A stretch of DNA of 64,000 nucleotides from Vicinamibacterales bacterium (GTDB lineage: Bacteria > Acidobacteriota > Vicinamibacteria > Vicinamibacterales > UBA8438), in contig CBDCTP010000003.1 in the NCBI GenBank assembly GCA_965222265.1, positions 3,710,841 through 3,774,840 on the forward strand. Direction: 5' to 3'. The notes beneath the pieces were generated by a model. The model ran no database searches. It was not told where the DNA came from and saw only the letters and a list, made by a program, of their open reading frames with translations. Shown here piece by piece: positions 36,336 to 47,313 of the stretch (positions are counted from its first letter, which is position 1; each line of letters opens with the position of its first letter). The position numbers and the translations under genes were made by a program.

Positions 36336-37385
36336 ATGGTTGTGGTAATGGAGGAGCGGGCGTCGGAGGATCAGATTCAACACATCATCGCGACGCTGGT
36401 CGACAAGGGATTCGACGTCCACCGCTCGACCGGCGCGTTGCGGACCGTGCTCGGCGCCGTCGGCGGCAATCGATCGTTCGACGAGCGGTTGATCGAGGTG
36501 ATGGACGGCGTGCACGAGGTGCTCCGGATCACGGAGCCCTACAAGCTGGCGAGCCGGACGTTCAAGCCCGAGCGGACCGTCGTGTCGATCGGCGACGTGC
36601 GGATCGGAGGCGACGAGGTGCTGGTCATCGCCGGCCCGTGCTCGGCGGAATCCGAGGAGCAGGTGGAGGCGGCCGCCGCGGTGCTGGCCAAGGCGGGCGC
36701 GAAGATGCTCCGCGGCGGCGCGTTCAAGCCGCGCAGCTCGCCCTACAGCTTCCAGGGGTTGGGCGAGGAGGGACTCAAGCTGCTCCGCGGGGCGGCCGAC
36801 CGGCACAACCTCAAGCTGGTGTCCGAGGTGATGGACATCAGCCAGATCGAGCTCGTTGCCCGCTATGCCGACATGCTGCAGGTCGGCGCCCGCAACATGC
36901 AGAACTTCACGCTCCTGCGCGAGCTCGGCCGGACCAGGACGCCGGTGCTGCTCAAGCGGGGCATCTCCGCGACGATCGAGGAGTGGCTCCTGTCGGCCGA
37001 GTACGTGCTCTCCGGCGGCAACACCGACGTGGTGCTGTGCGAGCGGGGCATTCGCACGTTCGAGCGCTACACCAGGAACACCCTCGATATCTCCGCGGTC
37101 CCCGTGATCCACAAGCTGAGCCACCTGCCGATCATCGTGGACCCGAGCCACGGCATCGGGCTGCGGGACAAGGTCGCGCCGATGGCCCGCGCGGCCGTGG
37201 CGGCGGGCGCGGACGGCCTGATCATCGAGGTCCATCCCGATCCGGACCATGCCCTCAGCGATGGAGCGCAGTCGCTGTTCCCGGTCCAGTTCGAGCACCT
37301 GATGGCCGAGCTCCGGATCATCGCGCCGGCCATCGGCCGCGGCATCTGCGTCGAGCCCGTACCACGGCGCAGGTGGGGCACCTGA
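36336..37385 (+). CDS. aroF: 3-deoxy-7-phosphoheptulonate (DAHP) synthase, type I-beta with N-terminal ferredoxin-like regulatory domain
   Basis: Within track ORF 35982..37385. Start ATG 36336 (MVVVMEERASEDQIQHIIATL..., with GGAGG 11 nt upstream); ATG 36318 is an alternative. Contains IAGPCSAESEEQ, LRGGAFKPRSSPYSFQGLG, KRG and IVDPSHG. Confidence 0.9.
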   Translation: MVVVMEERASEDQIQHIIATLVDKGFDVHRSTGALRTVLGAVGGNRSFDERLIEVMDGVHEVLRITEPYKLASRTFKPERTVVSIGDVRIGGDEVLVIAGPCSAESEEQVEAAAAVLAKAGAKMLRGGAFKPRSSPYSFQGLGEEGLKLLRGAADRHNLKLVSEVMDISQIELVARYADMLQVGARNMQNFTLLRELGRTRTPVLLKRGISATIEEWLLSAEYVLSGGNTDVVLCERGIRTFERYTRNTLDISAVPVIHKLSHLPIIVDPSHGIGLRDKVAPMARAAVAAGADGLIIEVHPDPDHALSDGAQSLFPVQFEHLMAELRIIAPAIGRGICVEPVPRRRWGT

Positions 37386-37393
37386 TCGCCGGC

Positions 37394-38317
37394 ATGGCAG
37401 ACACGAGTCGCCGCCTGCCCGTCATCCAGCCGGGCAAGTCCGCGACGGAGCCCCCGATCTTCGGCAAGGTCGCGATCATCGGGCTGGGCCTCGTCGGCGG
37501 GTCGATTGCGCTTGCCGCCCGCGAGCGGTGGCCGGGCGGCCTGGTGATCGGGGTCGATCGCAAGGACGTGCTCGAGCTGGCCATGGTCCGCCACGCCATC
37601 GACGTGGCGGCCGACGACCCGGTGGTGATCGCGGAGGCGGAGCTGGTCATCCTCGCCGCGCCCGTACGGCAGAACGTCGAGCTGCTGGCGGCCCTGGACG
37701 ACCATGTTCCCGGATCGGCCATCGTGACGGACGTCGGGAGCACGAAACGCGAAATCGTCGCGCGAGCACAGTCGCTCCCGCGGCGCTTCACGTTCGTGGG
37801 CGGGCATCCGCTCGGCGGGGCCCCGCGCGGCGGACTCGGCAACGCGCGCCCCGACCTGTTCGTCGACCGGCCCTGGCTGTTCACGCCGACCAGCGATGCG
37901 GACGGCCCGGCACTGGAACGCCTGCAGCAGTTCGTGGCGGGGCTCGGCGCCCGGCCGCACGTGATGTCTCCGGCCCGGCACGATCGCCTGCTGGCATTTC
38001 TGAGTCATCTCCCCCAGCTCACCGCCAGCGCGCTGATGCACGTGGTCGGGACCGCCGCGGGAGCGGACGGCCTGGCCCTGACCGGGCGCGGACTCGTCGA
38101 TACCACCCGCCTGGCCTCCAGCCCCGTGAGCGTCTGGCGCGACATCTGCGCCAGCAACGCCGACGAGCTCGGCCTGGCGCTCGACACGTTGATCAGAGAG
38201 CTGCGGCAACTGCGCGGGCAGCTCGAGACCGGCGACGCCGTCGAGCGCGTGTTCGAATCGGCGGCGGCCTGGCGCGCCGTGCTGACCGAGCGCGGCGGAC
38301 GGCGGGCCGGGTCCTGA
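37394..38317 (+). CDS. tyrA: Prephenate dehydrogenase
   Basis: Within track ORF 36638..38317. Start ATG 37394 (MADTSRRLPVIQ...). Contains the Rossmann motif VAIIGLGLVGGSIALA, plus TDVGSTK, FVGGHPLGG and HDRLLAFLSHLPQL. Confidence 0.88.
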   Translation: MADTSRRLPVIQPGKSATEPPIFGKVAIIGLGLVGGSIALAARERWPGGLVIGVDRKDVLELAMVRHAIDVAADDPVVIAEAELVILAAPVRQNVELLAALDDHVPGSAIVTDVGSTKREIVARAQSLPRRFTFVGGHPLGGAPRGGLGNARPDLFVDRPWLFTPTSDADGPALERLQQFVAGLGARPHVMSPARHDRLLAFLSHLPQLTASALMHVVGTAAGADGLALTGRGLVDTTRLASSPVSVWRDICASNADELGLALDTLIRELRQLRGQLETGDAVERVFESAAAWRAVLTERGGRRAGS

Positions 38318-38340
38318 GCCGGCGCGGCCGGGGATGACCG

Positions 38341-38775
38341 TTGCATGACAGCGTCGTGCCGGCAGCCAGCCTGACGATCCGCCGCGCCGCCGTGGACGTC
38401 ATCCGCGGGCACGCCGCCGACGACCTGCCGAACGAGTGCTGCGGGCTGCTGATCGGCCGCGCGGGGTCGATCGAGCGCGCGGCCCGGGCGCGCAACCTCC
38501 GTTCGGCGCCTGACCGGTACCTCGTCGACCCTGCCGATCACTGCGCGGCGCTGCGGTCGGCGCGCGCCAGCGGGCTCCACGTCGTGGGCGTCTACCACTC
38601 GCACCCCGCCGGCTCGCTCCGGCCGTCGGCCGTCGACCGGCGGGAGGCGTCCTACCGGGAGTTCGTCTACCTGATCGTGTCGCCACGGGCGGCAACCCAC
38701 GGGGCGGCCGACTTGGCAGCGTACTGCTTGACGTCCGACGACTTCCGGGAAATCGCGCTGCGGATTGTCCGCTGA
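38341..38775 (+). CDS. Mov34/MPN/JAB-domain metalloprotease (JAMM motif)
   Basis: 144 aa. Contains NECCGLLIG and VGVYHSHPAGSLRPSAVD (the HxHx7Sx2D JAMM motif). Non-ATG (TTG) start per the track. Confidence 0.8.
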   Translation: MHDSVVPAASLTIRRAAVDVIRGHAADDLPNECCGLLIGRAGSIERAARARNLRSAPDRYLVDPADHCAALRSARASGLHVVGVYHSHPAGSLRPSAVDRREASYREFVYLIVSPRAATHGAADLAAYCLTSDDFREIALRIVR

Positions 38776-38782
38776 CCGGCCT

Positions 38783-38803
38783 GCCTGCCCGTGGTGGGCA
38801 GGC
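38783..38803. terminator. 8-bp GC hairpin between convergent genes (candidate bidirectional terminator)
   Basis: GCCTGCCC (38783-38790), loop GTGGT, GGGCAGGC (38796-38803). It lies between the stop at 38775 (+) and the stop at 38834 (-). Confidence 0.4.
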
Positions 38804-38833
38804 GCGGGGATGGCGGGAGGGCGGCAGGGGTGC

Positions 38834-39301
38834 TCAGTCGAAACGACCGAAGCGGCCGCCGCGCAGCTCGACGACGGTGCGGGCCGACGCGACCGTGTCG
38901 CCGCGTCTCTTCAGGTTGATGCGCACCTCGTACCGCCCGCCGTAGTCGAAGCGCCGGCGCGTCGAGTAGCGGCGGCGAATCTTCGTGGTCCCCGGCTCGT
39001 ACGGCTCGCAGTCCGGGGTCGACTCGGACCGCGTATCATCGTCCCAGTCCCACTCGACGGTCGCGCAGTAGAAATCCTCGTAGTCGTCGGCCCCGCCCCG
39101 CAACTGCGCCACGAACAGGATCTCGGCGGGCGCGAAGGCGACGCGCGGCGAGGCGCGCAGCGACAGGTCGGGCCGCTCGTCTCCGCCGCGCTGCGCCAAG
39201 CCGATGGACCCGGGCTGGGTCGTCCCGGCCCACAGCAGCGCCGCGAGGAGCGCCAGAATCGGCCGACGGAAGCTGGCGGAGGGTGACGCGCGCATACTCA
39301 T
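38834..39301 (-). CDS. Secreted hypothetical protein
   Basis: 155 aa with a signal peptide (PILALLAALLWAGTTQPG) and normal composition (FYCATVEWDWDDDTRSESTPDCEPYEPG...). No family recognised. Confidence 0.65.
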   Translation of the reverse strand: MSMRASPSASFRRPILALLAALLWAGTTQPGSIGLAQRGGDERPDLSLRASPRVAFAPAEILFVAQLRGGADDYEDFYCATVEWDWDDDTRSESTPDCEPYEPGTTKIRRRYSTRRRFDYGGRYEVRINLKRRGDTVASARTVVELRGGRFGRFD

Positions 39302-39307
39302 TTCCGG

Positions 39308-39444
39308 CTACCTTCAATCAAACGGGGCTACGCCTCGAACCCCCGGCGTCCGCTTGCGGGGACCCCTGCGCCCCGCGCCGCTCCCGCCGAGGCGCGCCGT
39401 GCGCGCCGTGAGGAGCCTCACTATTCTACGGTGCAGACTCCTAG
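39308..39444 (-). repeat. GC-rich multi-hairpin repeat, copy E (inverted orientation, most diverged)
   Basis: The reverse complement matches the family consensus. Hairpin 1 is degenerate (GGAGTCTGC...GAGGCTCC). It lies in the divergent spacer between 38834..39301 (-) and pepA (+). Confidence 0.85.
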
Positions 39445-39507
39445 CCTACCGCAGAGCGTCCAGCGTGTGAAGCAGGAACCGGGCCAGGCGCCCACTATAA
39501 TGCACGG

Positions 39508-41037
<1,530 letters not shown>

Positions 41038-41068
41038 GCTTCGGACTCTCCAACTTGCGGCCGTCGAC

Positions 41069-41305
41069 ATGTCGCTCCAACCTGCAACGCCGTTCGTCTA
41101 CGAGGTCGTCGAGCCCACGACTGCGCAGACGACGGTGGTCGACGTGGTCGTGGGTGCCGTGGCCGTTACCGGTGCCGTGGCCGGCGTCGCCCTGGTGCTC
41201 GGTTTGGCGCTTGCCGGCCTGCTGATCGGGATCCGCCGGATGCGTGGAGAGAGCGGGCTGACAGGCCGCGGTGGCGAGGGTGCCCGGCTGGGCCTCGGCT
41301 CCTAA
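41069..41305 (+). CDS. Small single-pass membrane protein, hypothetical
   Basis: 78 codons from ATG 41069 (MSLQPATPFVYEVVEPTTAQTT...VVGAVAVTGAVAGVALVLGLALAGLLIGIRRMR). It lies inside the longer track ORF 40847..41305. Support is hydrophobicity and composition only. Confidence 0.4.
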   Translation: MSLQPATPFVYEVVEPTTAQTTVVDVVVGAVAVTGAVAGVALVLGLALAGLLIGIRRMRGESGLTGRGGEGARLGLGS

Positions 41306-42960
41306 TCCTGCTGCGCCAGCCGCGTCACGGCGTGCAAGTGGTGCCGGTAGCGCAGGATGCCCTCGAAGAGCGCGTCGGCGATGCGATCGCGATAGTCGTC
41401 GCTCGACAGCAGCCGCGCCTCGCGACTGTTCGTCAGGAACGATATCTCCGCCAGCACGCTGGGCATGCGGGCGCCGATGAGGACGATGAACGGCGCCTGC
41501 TTGACGCCGAGATCCGGCAGGTCCGGATCCGCCTGCCGCAGCGCGGTCACCATCGAGCTCTGGATGACACCCGCGAAGTCACGGGACTCGTTGGCCTTGC
41601 TGTTGCTGGCGATCGTTTCCAGCAGGTCCCCCAGGTTGTTCATCGCGCCGCCCCCGCCCACGTTCTCGCGCGCGGCGATGCGCTCGGCGGTCGGATCGGG
41701 CGCGAAGTTCAGGAAGTAGGTCTCGACGCCCCGCGCGCGGCCGTTGTGGCTCGCGTTGGCGTGAATCGACAGGAACAGGTCGGCCTGCTCGCGATTTGCC
41801 AGGGCCGTGCGCGCCGCGAGCGGCACGTAGGTGTTGTCGCGGCGGGTGAGCACCACCTCGATGCCCGGCTGCGTCAGGAGCCGCCGCTCGAGGCGGTGCG
41901 CGACGTCGAGCACGACCTCCGACTCGCGCAGCCCGTGCGACCGGGCGCCGGGGTCGTGTCCGCCATGGCCGGGGTCGATCACGATGCGCGAAACCTGCAG
42001 CCCCAGCTGGCGGGCCAGGGAGAAGGCGCCACTCTCGCCCGGCAGCGGCGTCGACCACGTGGACTCGGCGGTCGCGGCCGCCGCGGGCACCACCGGCGCC
42101 GCGGCGGCCGCGGACCGGTCCTGCCGCAGCGCCTCGGCCACGACATGGAGCGGCGAGCGCGGAGCGTGCATCAGCGCGGCCAGCAACGGCTGCAGGGGCG
42201 CGGAGGGAATGGCCTCGTGCAGCTCGGGACGCCGGCAGTCGACGACGACGCGATAGGGCTCGTACACGGTGAAGACGCTGCAGGCATCCGCGTCCGCCGT
42301 GTCGACCACGACGCGGGTGGTTCGGTTCGGATGGCGACCGAACCTGATCCCGTGCACGATGCGGTGGTCGTCGTCGTAGGTCAGGGTGGCGTCGCGGAGC
42401 GCGGCGAGAGCGTCGGTGTGGGGAAAGTCGAAGAACAGGCGGTCCGGGTCCGCAAGCCGCTCCGAGTGAAACGCCACGTCGCGATCGAGACGGATCATCA
42501 CCCGCACCACGTCGTCCCAGACCTCTCGCTCGATCCCGGTCAGCCGCGCGAAGCGGGTGAGCGCCTCGAGCTGGCCGCGTCGCTCGGCCACGCGCGCGGC
42601 AAACGGACTGCCATGATGAAAGCGCGCGAGCCGGCGCAGCAACCGGACGCCGACCTCGAGGTCGAGGTCTTCACGGTACCGGTCATAGGCTTCGACCGCC
42701 AGCCCCGCGGCCTGCCAGAGGGCACGATCTTCGTAGCTGCTCGCCGGAAAGGCGAGGACGATCGATTCGTACGCCGCGATGAGGTCTCGCAGCTCGCCCA
42801 CCGCCGGCCTGGCGCCGGGCTGGCGCAGGCTTCGCTCGCGGGCGAGCGTGTCCTGGTAGCGCTCGGCCGGCGATCCGCCGGCGGCCTGCAGCGCAGGCAT
42901 CAGCCACACACCGGCAACGATGCCGGCGATCAGGGTCAGCGGGACATACGATCTGGTCAT
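41302..42960 (-). CDS. N-acetylmuramoyl-L-alanine amidase (Amidase_3) with N-terminal repeat and AMIN-like regions
   Basis: 552 aa. Contains IVIDPGHGGHDPGA, LFLSIHANAS, GVETYFLN and ISFLTN. There is an AMIN-like segment (VRVMIRLDRDVAFHSERLADPDRLFFDF). Confidence 0.9.
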   Translation of the reverse strand: MTRSYVPLTLIAGIVAGVWLMPALQAAGGSPAERYQDTLARERSLRQPGARPAVGELRDLIAAYESIVLAFPASSYEDRALWQAAGLAVEAYDRYREDLDLEVGVRLLRRLARFHHGSPFAARVAERRGQLEALTRFARLTGIEREVWDDVVRVMIRLDRDVAFHSERLADPDRLFFDFPHTDALAALRDATLTYDDDHRIVHGIRFGRHPNRTTRVVVDTADADACSVFTVYEPYRVVVDCRRPELHEAIPSAPLQPLLAALMHAPRSPLHVVAEALRQDRSAAAAAPVVPAAAATAESTWSTPLPGESGAFSLARQLGLQVSRIVIDPGHGGHDPGARSHGLRESEVVLDVAHRLERRLLTQPGIEVVLTRRDNTYVPLAARTALANREQADLFLSIHANASHNGRARGVETYFLNFAPDPTAERIAARENVGGGGAMNNLGDLLETIASNSKANESRDFAGVIQSSMVTALRQADPDLPDLGVKQAPFIVLIGARMPSVLAEISFLTNSREARLLSSDDYRDRIADALFEGILRYRHHLHAVTRLAQQD

Positions 42961-43050
42961 AGGATAGCCGCGGCGATCCCGGGGCCGCGTGAGATCTATC
43001 GACCGACGACGACCCGAGCCTTACCCGCCCGCAAGAAATAGCCGGCCGCC

Positions 43051-43150
43051 GCGAGGCGCGCACAGCGCGCCTCGGCGGGAGCGGCGCGGGGCGCAGGGGT
43101 CCCCGCAAGCGGACGCCGGGGGTTCGGGGCATAGCCCCGTCTGATTGATG
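43051..43150 (+). repeat. GC-rich repeat, copy F (5'-truncated: lacks hairpin 1)
   Basis: GCGAGGCGCGCACAGCGCGCCTCGGCGGGAGCGGCGCGGGGCGCAGGGGTCCCCGCAAGCGGACGCCGGGGGTTCGGGGCATAGCCCCGTCTGATTGATG. It abuts copy G directly. Confidence 0.88.
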
Positions 43151-43251
43151 CCGCGCACGGCGCGCCTCGGCGGAGCGGCGCGGGGCGCAGGGGTCCCCGC
43201 AAGCGGACGCCGGGGGTTCGGGGCGCAGCCCCGTCTGATTGAAGCCACTAG
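43151..43251 (+). repeat. GC-rich repeat, copy G (5'-truncated), tandem to F
   Basis: CCGCGCACGGCGCGCCTCGGCGGAGCGGCGCGGGGCGCAGGGGTCCCCGCAAGCGGACGCCGGGGGTTCGGGGCGCAGCCCCGTCTGATTGAAGCCACTAG. The terminal CTAG contains the ftsK stop (43248-43250). Confidence 0.88.
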
Positions 43252-45542
43252 CGCGGCTGCAGGTCAACTTCCTCGAAGTAGTCCTGCTTGACGAGCACCT
43301 CACGCGCCTTGCCGGACGCGGCCGCCGACACCAGCCCGTCGGCTTCCATCATGTCGACCAGCCGTGCGGCGCGGCTGAAGCCGATGCGCAGGCGGCGCTG
43401 CAGGTAGGAAATCGACGCCTGGCCGCTCGATACCACGATACGCGCGGCCTGGTCGTACAGATCGTCGCGATCGAAAGCGGGCGTGCCGGTCGGTTGCTCC
43501 TCCTCGGTGATGGTGTCGTCGTACCCGGGCTCGCCCTGCTTGCGCAGAAAGCTGGCCAGCCGTGCGGTCTCCTGCTCGGAAATGTACGGGCCGTGGAGTC
43601 GGATGGTGCGGGAGGAGGACGGTGGAGCGTACAGCATGTCGCCCTTGCCGAGCAGCTGCTCGGCGCCGTTCGCGTCGAGGATCGTTCGGGAGTCGACCTT
43701 CGACGACACACGGAACGCGATTCGCGACGGAAAGTTGGCCTTGATCAAGCCGGTGATGACGTCGACCGATGGACGCTGGGTGCAGAGGATCAGGTGAATG
43801 CCCACGGCGCGCGCCATTTGCGCCAGTCGGGCGATCGACTCCTCGACCTCGTTGCCGGCCACCATCATGAGGTCCGCCAGTTCGTCGATCGCGACGACGA
43901 TGTACGGGAGCGGCTTCAACTCCTCCCCGTCGTCCGACGCGGTCTTGTCTTCCGACTCGCGCAGCTGTGCGGCAATGTTGCGGTTGTACTGCTCGATGTT
44001 GCGCACCCCCTCCGTGGCGAGTTGCTTGTAGCGGCCCTCCATCTCCCGCACCGCCCAGCGCAGCGCATTGGCGGCTCGCTTCGGATCGACGACGACGGGG
44101 GTGAGCAGATGCGGGATCTCCTCGTACATCCCGAGTTCGAGGCGCTTGGGATCGATGAGGATGAGACGGACGTCGTCCGGGGTGGACCGATACAGGATGC
44201 TGGTGAGGATCACGTTGAGGGCGACCGACTTGCCGGTGCCCGTCGAGCCCGCGATCAGCAGGTGCGGCATCCGCGTGAGATCCGTCACGGCCGGTTCGCC
44301 GTGGATCGACTTGCCCAGAGCCAGCGTCAGCTTCGACGGCGAGCGCTGATAGGCCTCCGACTCCAGCAGCTCCCGGATCGAGATCTCGTCGCGGATCTGA
44401 TTCGGGATCTGTATGCCGACGGTCGATTTTCCCGGAATCCGCTCGATCAGCACCGACTCGGCCTGCATCGCGAGGCTGAGATCCTCGGCAAGCCTCGTCA
44501 CCTTGCTGTACTTGACGCCCGCATCGGGCTTGAACTCGAACGTCGTGACCACGGGACCGGGGTGAAACTGTGAGACCGAACCGGCGACGGAGAACTCGCG
44601 ACACTTCTCCTCGAGCAGGGCCGCGTTGTCCATGAGCATGCGCTCGTCGAACTTCTGGACGGCCTTCGGGGAGTCGAGCAGCGCCAGGGGCGGATGGACG
44701 AACGAGCCGTTGCGCTGCTCCGTGGACGTCTTGAGCGGCAGGTCCTCCAGGGGCAGCATGGGTGTCATGCCTGGGGGATCCTCGGCGTCGTCCTCCTTGG
44801 GCGGGGCGGGCGGCGGCTCCGTCGTCTCCGGGCGCGGCGCGCGGGCCGGCGGCTGGCTCTTGGCCAGCACCTCGGTGCGTGCGGTCGATGCGCCGGCCTT
44901 CTCGAGGTGCTTGCGCACGACGCCGCGCCGCTGCCGGTCGCGCCGGCGCTTCGTCCACCACTGCCGAACGGCGCCGCGCGCGCGTCCCAGGCCCTGGCCG
45001 AGGGTGCGGGCGGCCTGGATGAACAGACGGCCGAAGGAGAACTGCGTCACCAGGATCAGGGCCAGGGACAACAGTGCCAGCAGGACGATGATCGAACCGG
45101 CGCGGTTCAGGTACGGGGCGAGCAGCCCGGCCAGGCTCTCCCCGACGTACCCGCCGGCCCGCACCGTCTTGCCCAGCACGTCGACCATGTCGAACGCGAG
45201 GGTCAACAGCGTCGCGCTGCATCCGAACAGCAGGATGGAGCCGACGAGCTTCGTGTACGCAGCGTCGATCTGCAGGCACCAGAAGTAGTACCAGCCCGCG
45301 ACCACGAGCACCGCCGGCACGAGGTACGACGCCAGCCCGAATATCTGATACGAGACTTCCGCCAGGAAGGCGCCGGCCAGGCCGGCGAGGTTCATCGGCG
45401 GCACCTCGCCGCCGGCGTTGAAGAACCAGACCGCGTCGGTCGGATCGTACGTCACCAGGGCGATGAGCCAGACCGACGCAATCGCGAAGAATACGACTCC
45501 GAGGAACTCGCTTATCAGATGTGGCAGCGCGGCTCGCGGCAC
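43248..45542 (-). CDS. ftsK: DNA translocase FtsK
   Basis: 764 aa with N-terminal TM helices and a Pro-rich linker. The motor domain has PHLLIAGSTGTGKSV, the Walker B-like LPYIVVAIDELADLMM, and a gamma domain (YDQAARIVVSSGQASISYLQRRLRIGFSRAARLVDMME). Confidence 0.95.
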   Translation of the reverse strand: MPRAALPHLISEFLGVVFFAIASVWLIALVTYDPTDAVWFFNAGGEVPPMNLAGLAGAFLAEVSYQIFGLASYLVPAVLVVAGWYYFWCLQIDAAYTKLVGSILLFGCSATLLTLAFDMVDVLGKTVRAGGYVGESLAGLLAPYLNRAGSIIVLLALLSLALILVTQFSFGRLFIQAARTLGQGLGRARGAVRQWWTKRRRDRQRRGVVRKHLEKAGASTARTEVLAKSQPPARAPRPETTEPPPAPPKEDDAEDPPGMTPMLPLEDLPLKTSTEQRNGSFVHPPLALLDSPKAVQKFDERMLMDNAALLEEKCREFSVAGSVSQFHPGPVVTTFEFKPDAGVKYSKVTRLAEDLSLAMQAESVLIERIPGKSTVGIQIPNQIRDEISIRELLESEAYQRSPSKLTLALGKSIHGEPAVTDLTRMPHLLIAGSTGTGKSVALNVILTSILYRSTPDDVRLILIDPKRLELGMYEEIPHLLTPVVVDPKRAANALRWAVREMEGRYKQLATEGVRNIEQYNRNIAAQLRESEDKTASDDGEELKPLPYIVVAIDELADLMMVAGNEVEESIARLAQMARAVGIHLILCTQRPSVDVITGLIKANFPSRIAFRVSSKVDSRTILDANGAEQLLGKGDMLYAPPSSSRTIRLHGPYISEQETARLASFLRKQGEPGYDDTITEEEQPTGTPAFDRDDLYDQAARIVVSSGQASISYLQRRLRIGFSRAARLVDMMEADGLVSAAASGKAREVLVKQDYFEEVDLQPR

Positions 45543-45543
45543 G

Positions 45544-47226
45544 TCAGGTCTCCAGTATCACCGGCAAGACGAGCGGGCGCCGGCCCGTCCGCTTGCGAAG
45601 GAAGCGTTGCAGCTCGACTCGGATCTGCTCCCGAACGAGGCATTGGTCGGTGCGTTCCTCGATGCTCTTTACGTCGAGGACGCCGCGGACGAAACCGGGG
45701 ACCTCCTCGAGCACGGCCTCGGTCCGGTCGTCGACGACGAAGCCGCGGGTGGTCACGGTCGGCTCCGCCTCGACCAGGCCGTCGCGCGAATTGATGGCGA
45801 TGACCAGCACCACCAGGCCGTCACCGGCGAGATGCCGCCGGTCGCGGAGGACCTCGTCCGCAACTTCGCCCGCCCGCGTGCCGTCGATCAGCACGCGGCC
45901 GGCGGGCACCGTGTCGGCGATCCACCCGCCGTCGGCGTCGAAGCCGAGCCGGCTGCCATTCTCCACCAGCAGCACCGCGGCACGGCCGTTCGTGACCTGC
46001 TCGGCAACCTGTGCATGACGGACGAGGTAGCGATACTCGCCGTGGATCGGCACGAAATAGCGCGGGCTCACGAGCGAGAGCATCAGCTTGAGCTCCTCCT
46101 CGCTGGCGTGCCCGGAGACGTGCACCGCCTTCGTGCTCGCGTCGATGCAGCCGGCGCCCCGCCGTGCGATGTGGTCCTGGAGACGCCCGATCGCACGCTG
46201 GTTGCCGGGAATGGCGCGGGCGGAGAAGACCACGACGTCGCCGCGCTCCAGCTTCACGTAGCGGTGGGCGTCGACCGCAATGCGGGAGAGCGCCGCGAGG
46301 GGCTCGCCCTGCGAGCCGGTGACGATGCACAGCACCCGCTCCGGCGGGTACTGTGCGACATCACGGTCTCGAATCTGCACGCCGGCCGGGATGTCGAGAT
46401 AGCCGAGCCGCTGCGCGGCAGCCGCGTTCTGCTGCACGCCGCGGCCGACGAGAGCCACCTTGCGATTGAACCGCACCGCAAGGTCGACCAGAATCTGCAC
46501 CCGATGGATGCTCGAGGAGAACGGCGTGACGATCAGTCTCCCCCGGGTGCTGGCGAATATCTCCTCGAAGGCGGCGACGACGTCGCGTTCGGATCCGGTA
46601 TGTCCCTTGCGGGCGATGTTCGTGCTGTCGGCGAACAGGGCCAGCACGCCCTCCGTGCCGAGCTGGGCGAGGCGGTGGGTGTCGACGAGCTCGCCGTCGA
46701 TGGGCGTCTGATCGATCTTGAAATCGCCGGTGTGCACGATCGTGCCGGCCGGGGTGTGGACCGCGAGCGCGACGCAGTCCGGCATGCTGTGAGTGACCCG
46801 GATGAACTCGACTTCCAGGCTGCCGATGGCGACCCGTTCCCGCGGCGCAACCGCCACGAGCCGATCCGCCGTGTCGATCGCGTGCGCTTCGAGCTTCGGC
46901 TCGAGCAGCGCAAGCGTCAAGGGCGTGCCGTACACCGGGCCGTCCAGCAGGTGCCATACGTAGGGTACGGCGCCGATGTGGTCCTCGTGGCCGTGCGTCA
47001 GGACGAGAGCCGACAGGCGGCGCGCCGACTGCTGCAGGAACGTGAGGTCGGGAACGATCAGATCCACCCCCAAGTGTTCCGGCCCCGGGAGCATCGCGCC
47101 CGCGTCGAGCAGCACGGTCGTGCTCGCGGAGGCGACCGCCATCATGTTCATGCCGAACTCGCCGACGCCGCCGAGCGGGACGACCTCGAGCAGCGGCTCT
47201 CGTTCCGATCGTGTTGACGAAGGCAC
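45544..47226 (-). CDS. rnj: Ribonuclease J
   Basis: 560 aa. Metallo-beta-lactamase motif LTHGHEDHIGAVPY, plus the beta-CASP and C-terminal domain pattern (HVSGHASEEELKLML, IHGEYR). Confidence 0.9.
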   Translation of the reverse strand: MPSSTRSEREPLLEVVPLGGVGEFGMNMMAVASASTTVLLDAGAMLPGPEHLGVDLIVPDLTFLQQSARRLSALVLTHGHEDHIGAVPYVWHLLDGPVYGTPLTLALLEPKLEAHAIDTADRLVAVAPRERVAIGSLEVEFIRVTHSMPDCVALAVHTPAGTIVHTGDFKIDQTPIDGELVDTHRLAQLGTEGVLALFADSTNIARKGHTGSERDVVAAFEEIFASTRGRLIVTPFSSSIHRVQILVDLAVRFNRKVALVGRGVQQNAAAAQRLGYLDIPAGVQIRDRDVAQYPPERVLCIVTGSQGEPLAALSRIAVDAHRYVKLERGDVVVFSARAIPGNQRAIGRLQDHIARRGAGCIDASTKAVHVSGHASEEELKLMLSLVSPRYFVPIHGEYRYLVRHAQVAEQVTNGRAAVLLVENGSRLGFDADGGWIADTVPAGRVLIDGTRAGEVADEVLRDRRHLAGDGLVVLVIAINSRDGLVEAEPTVTTRGFVVDDRTEAVLEEVPGFVRGVLDVKSIEERTDQCLVREQIRVELQRFLRKRTGRRPLVLPVILET

Positions 47227-47313
47227 TCGTGCTCGGATGCGCGCCGTATTGCCCCCGGACGGGCGTCCGGGTCCTGCAGGCCGCTGGGATCGCCTGCGCG
47301 GGTAGGAGGCCGA

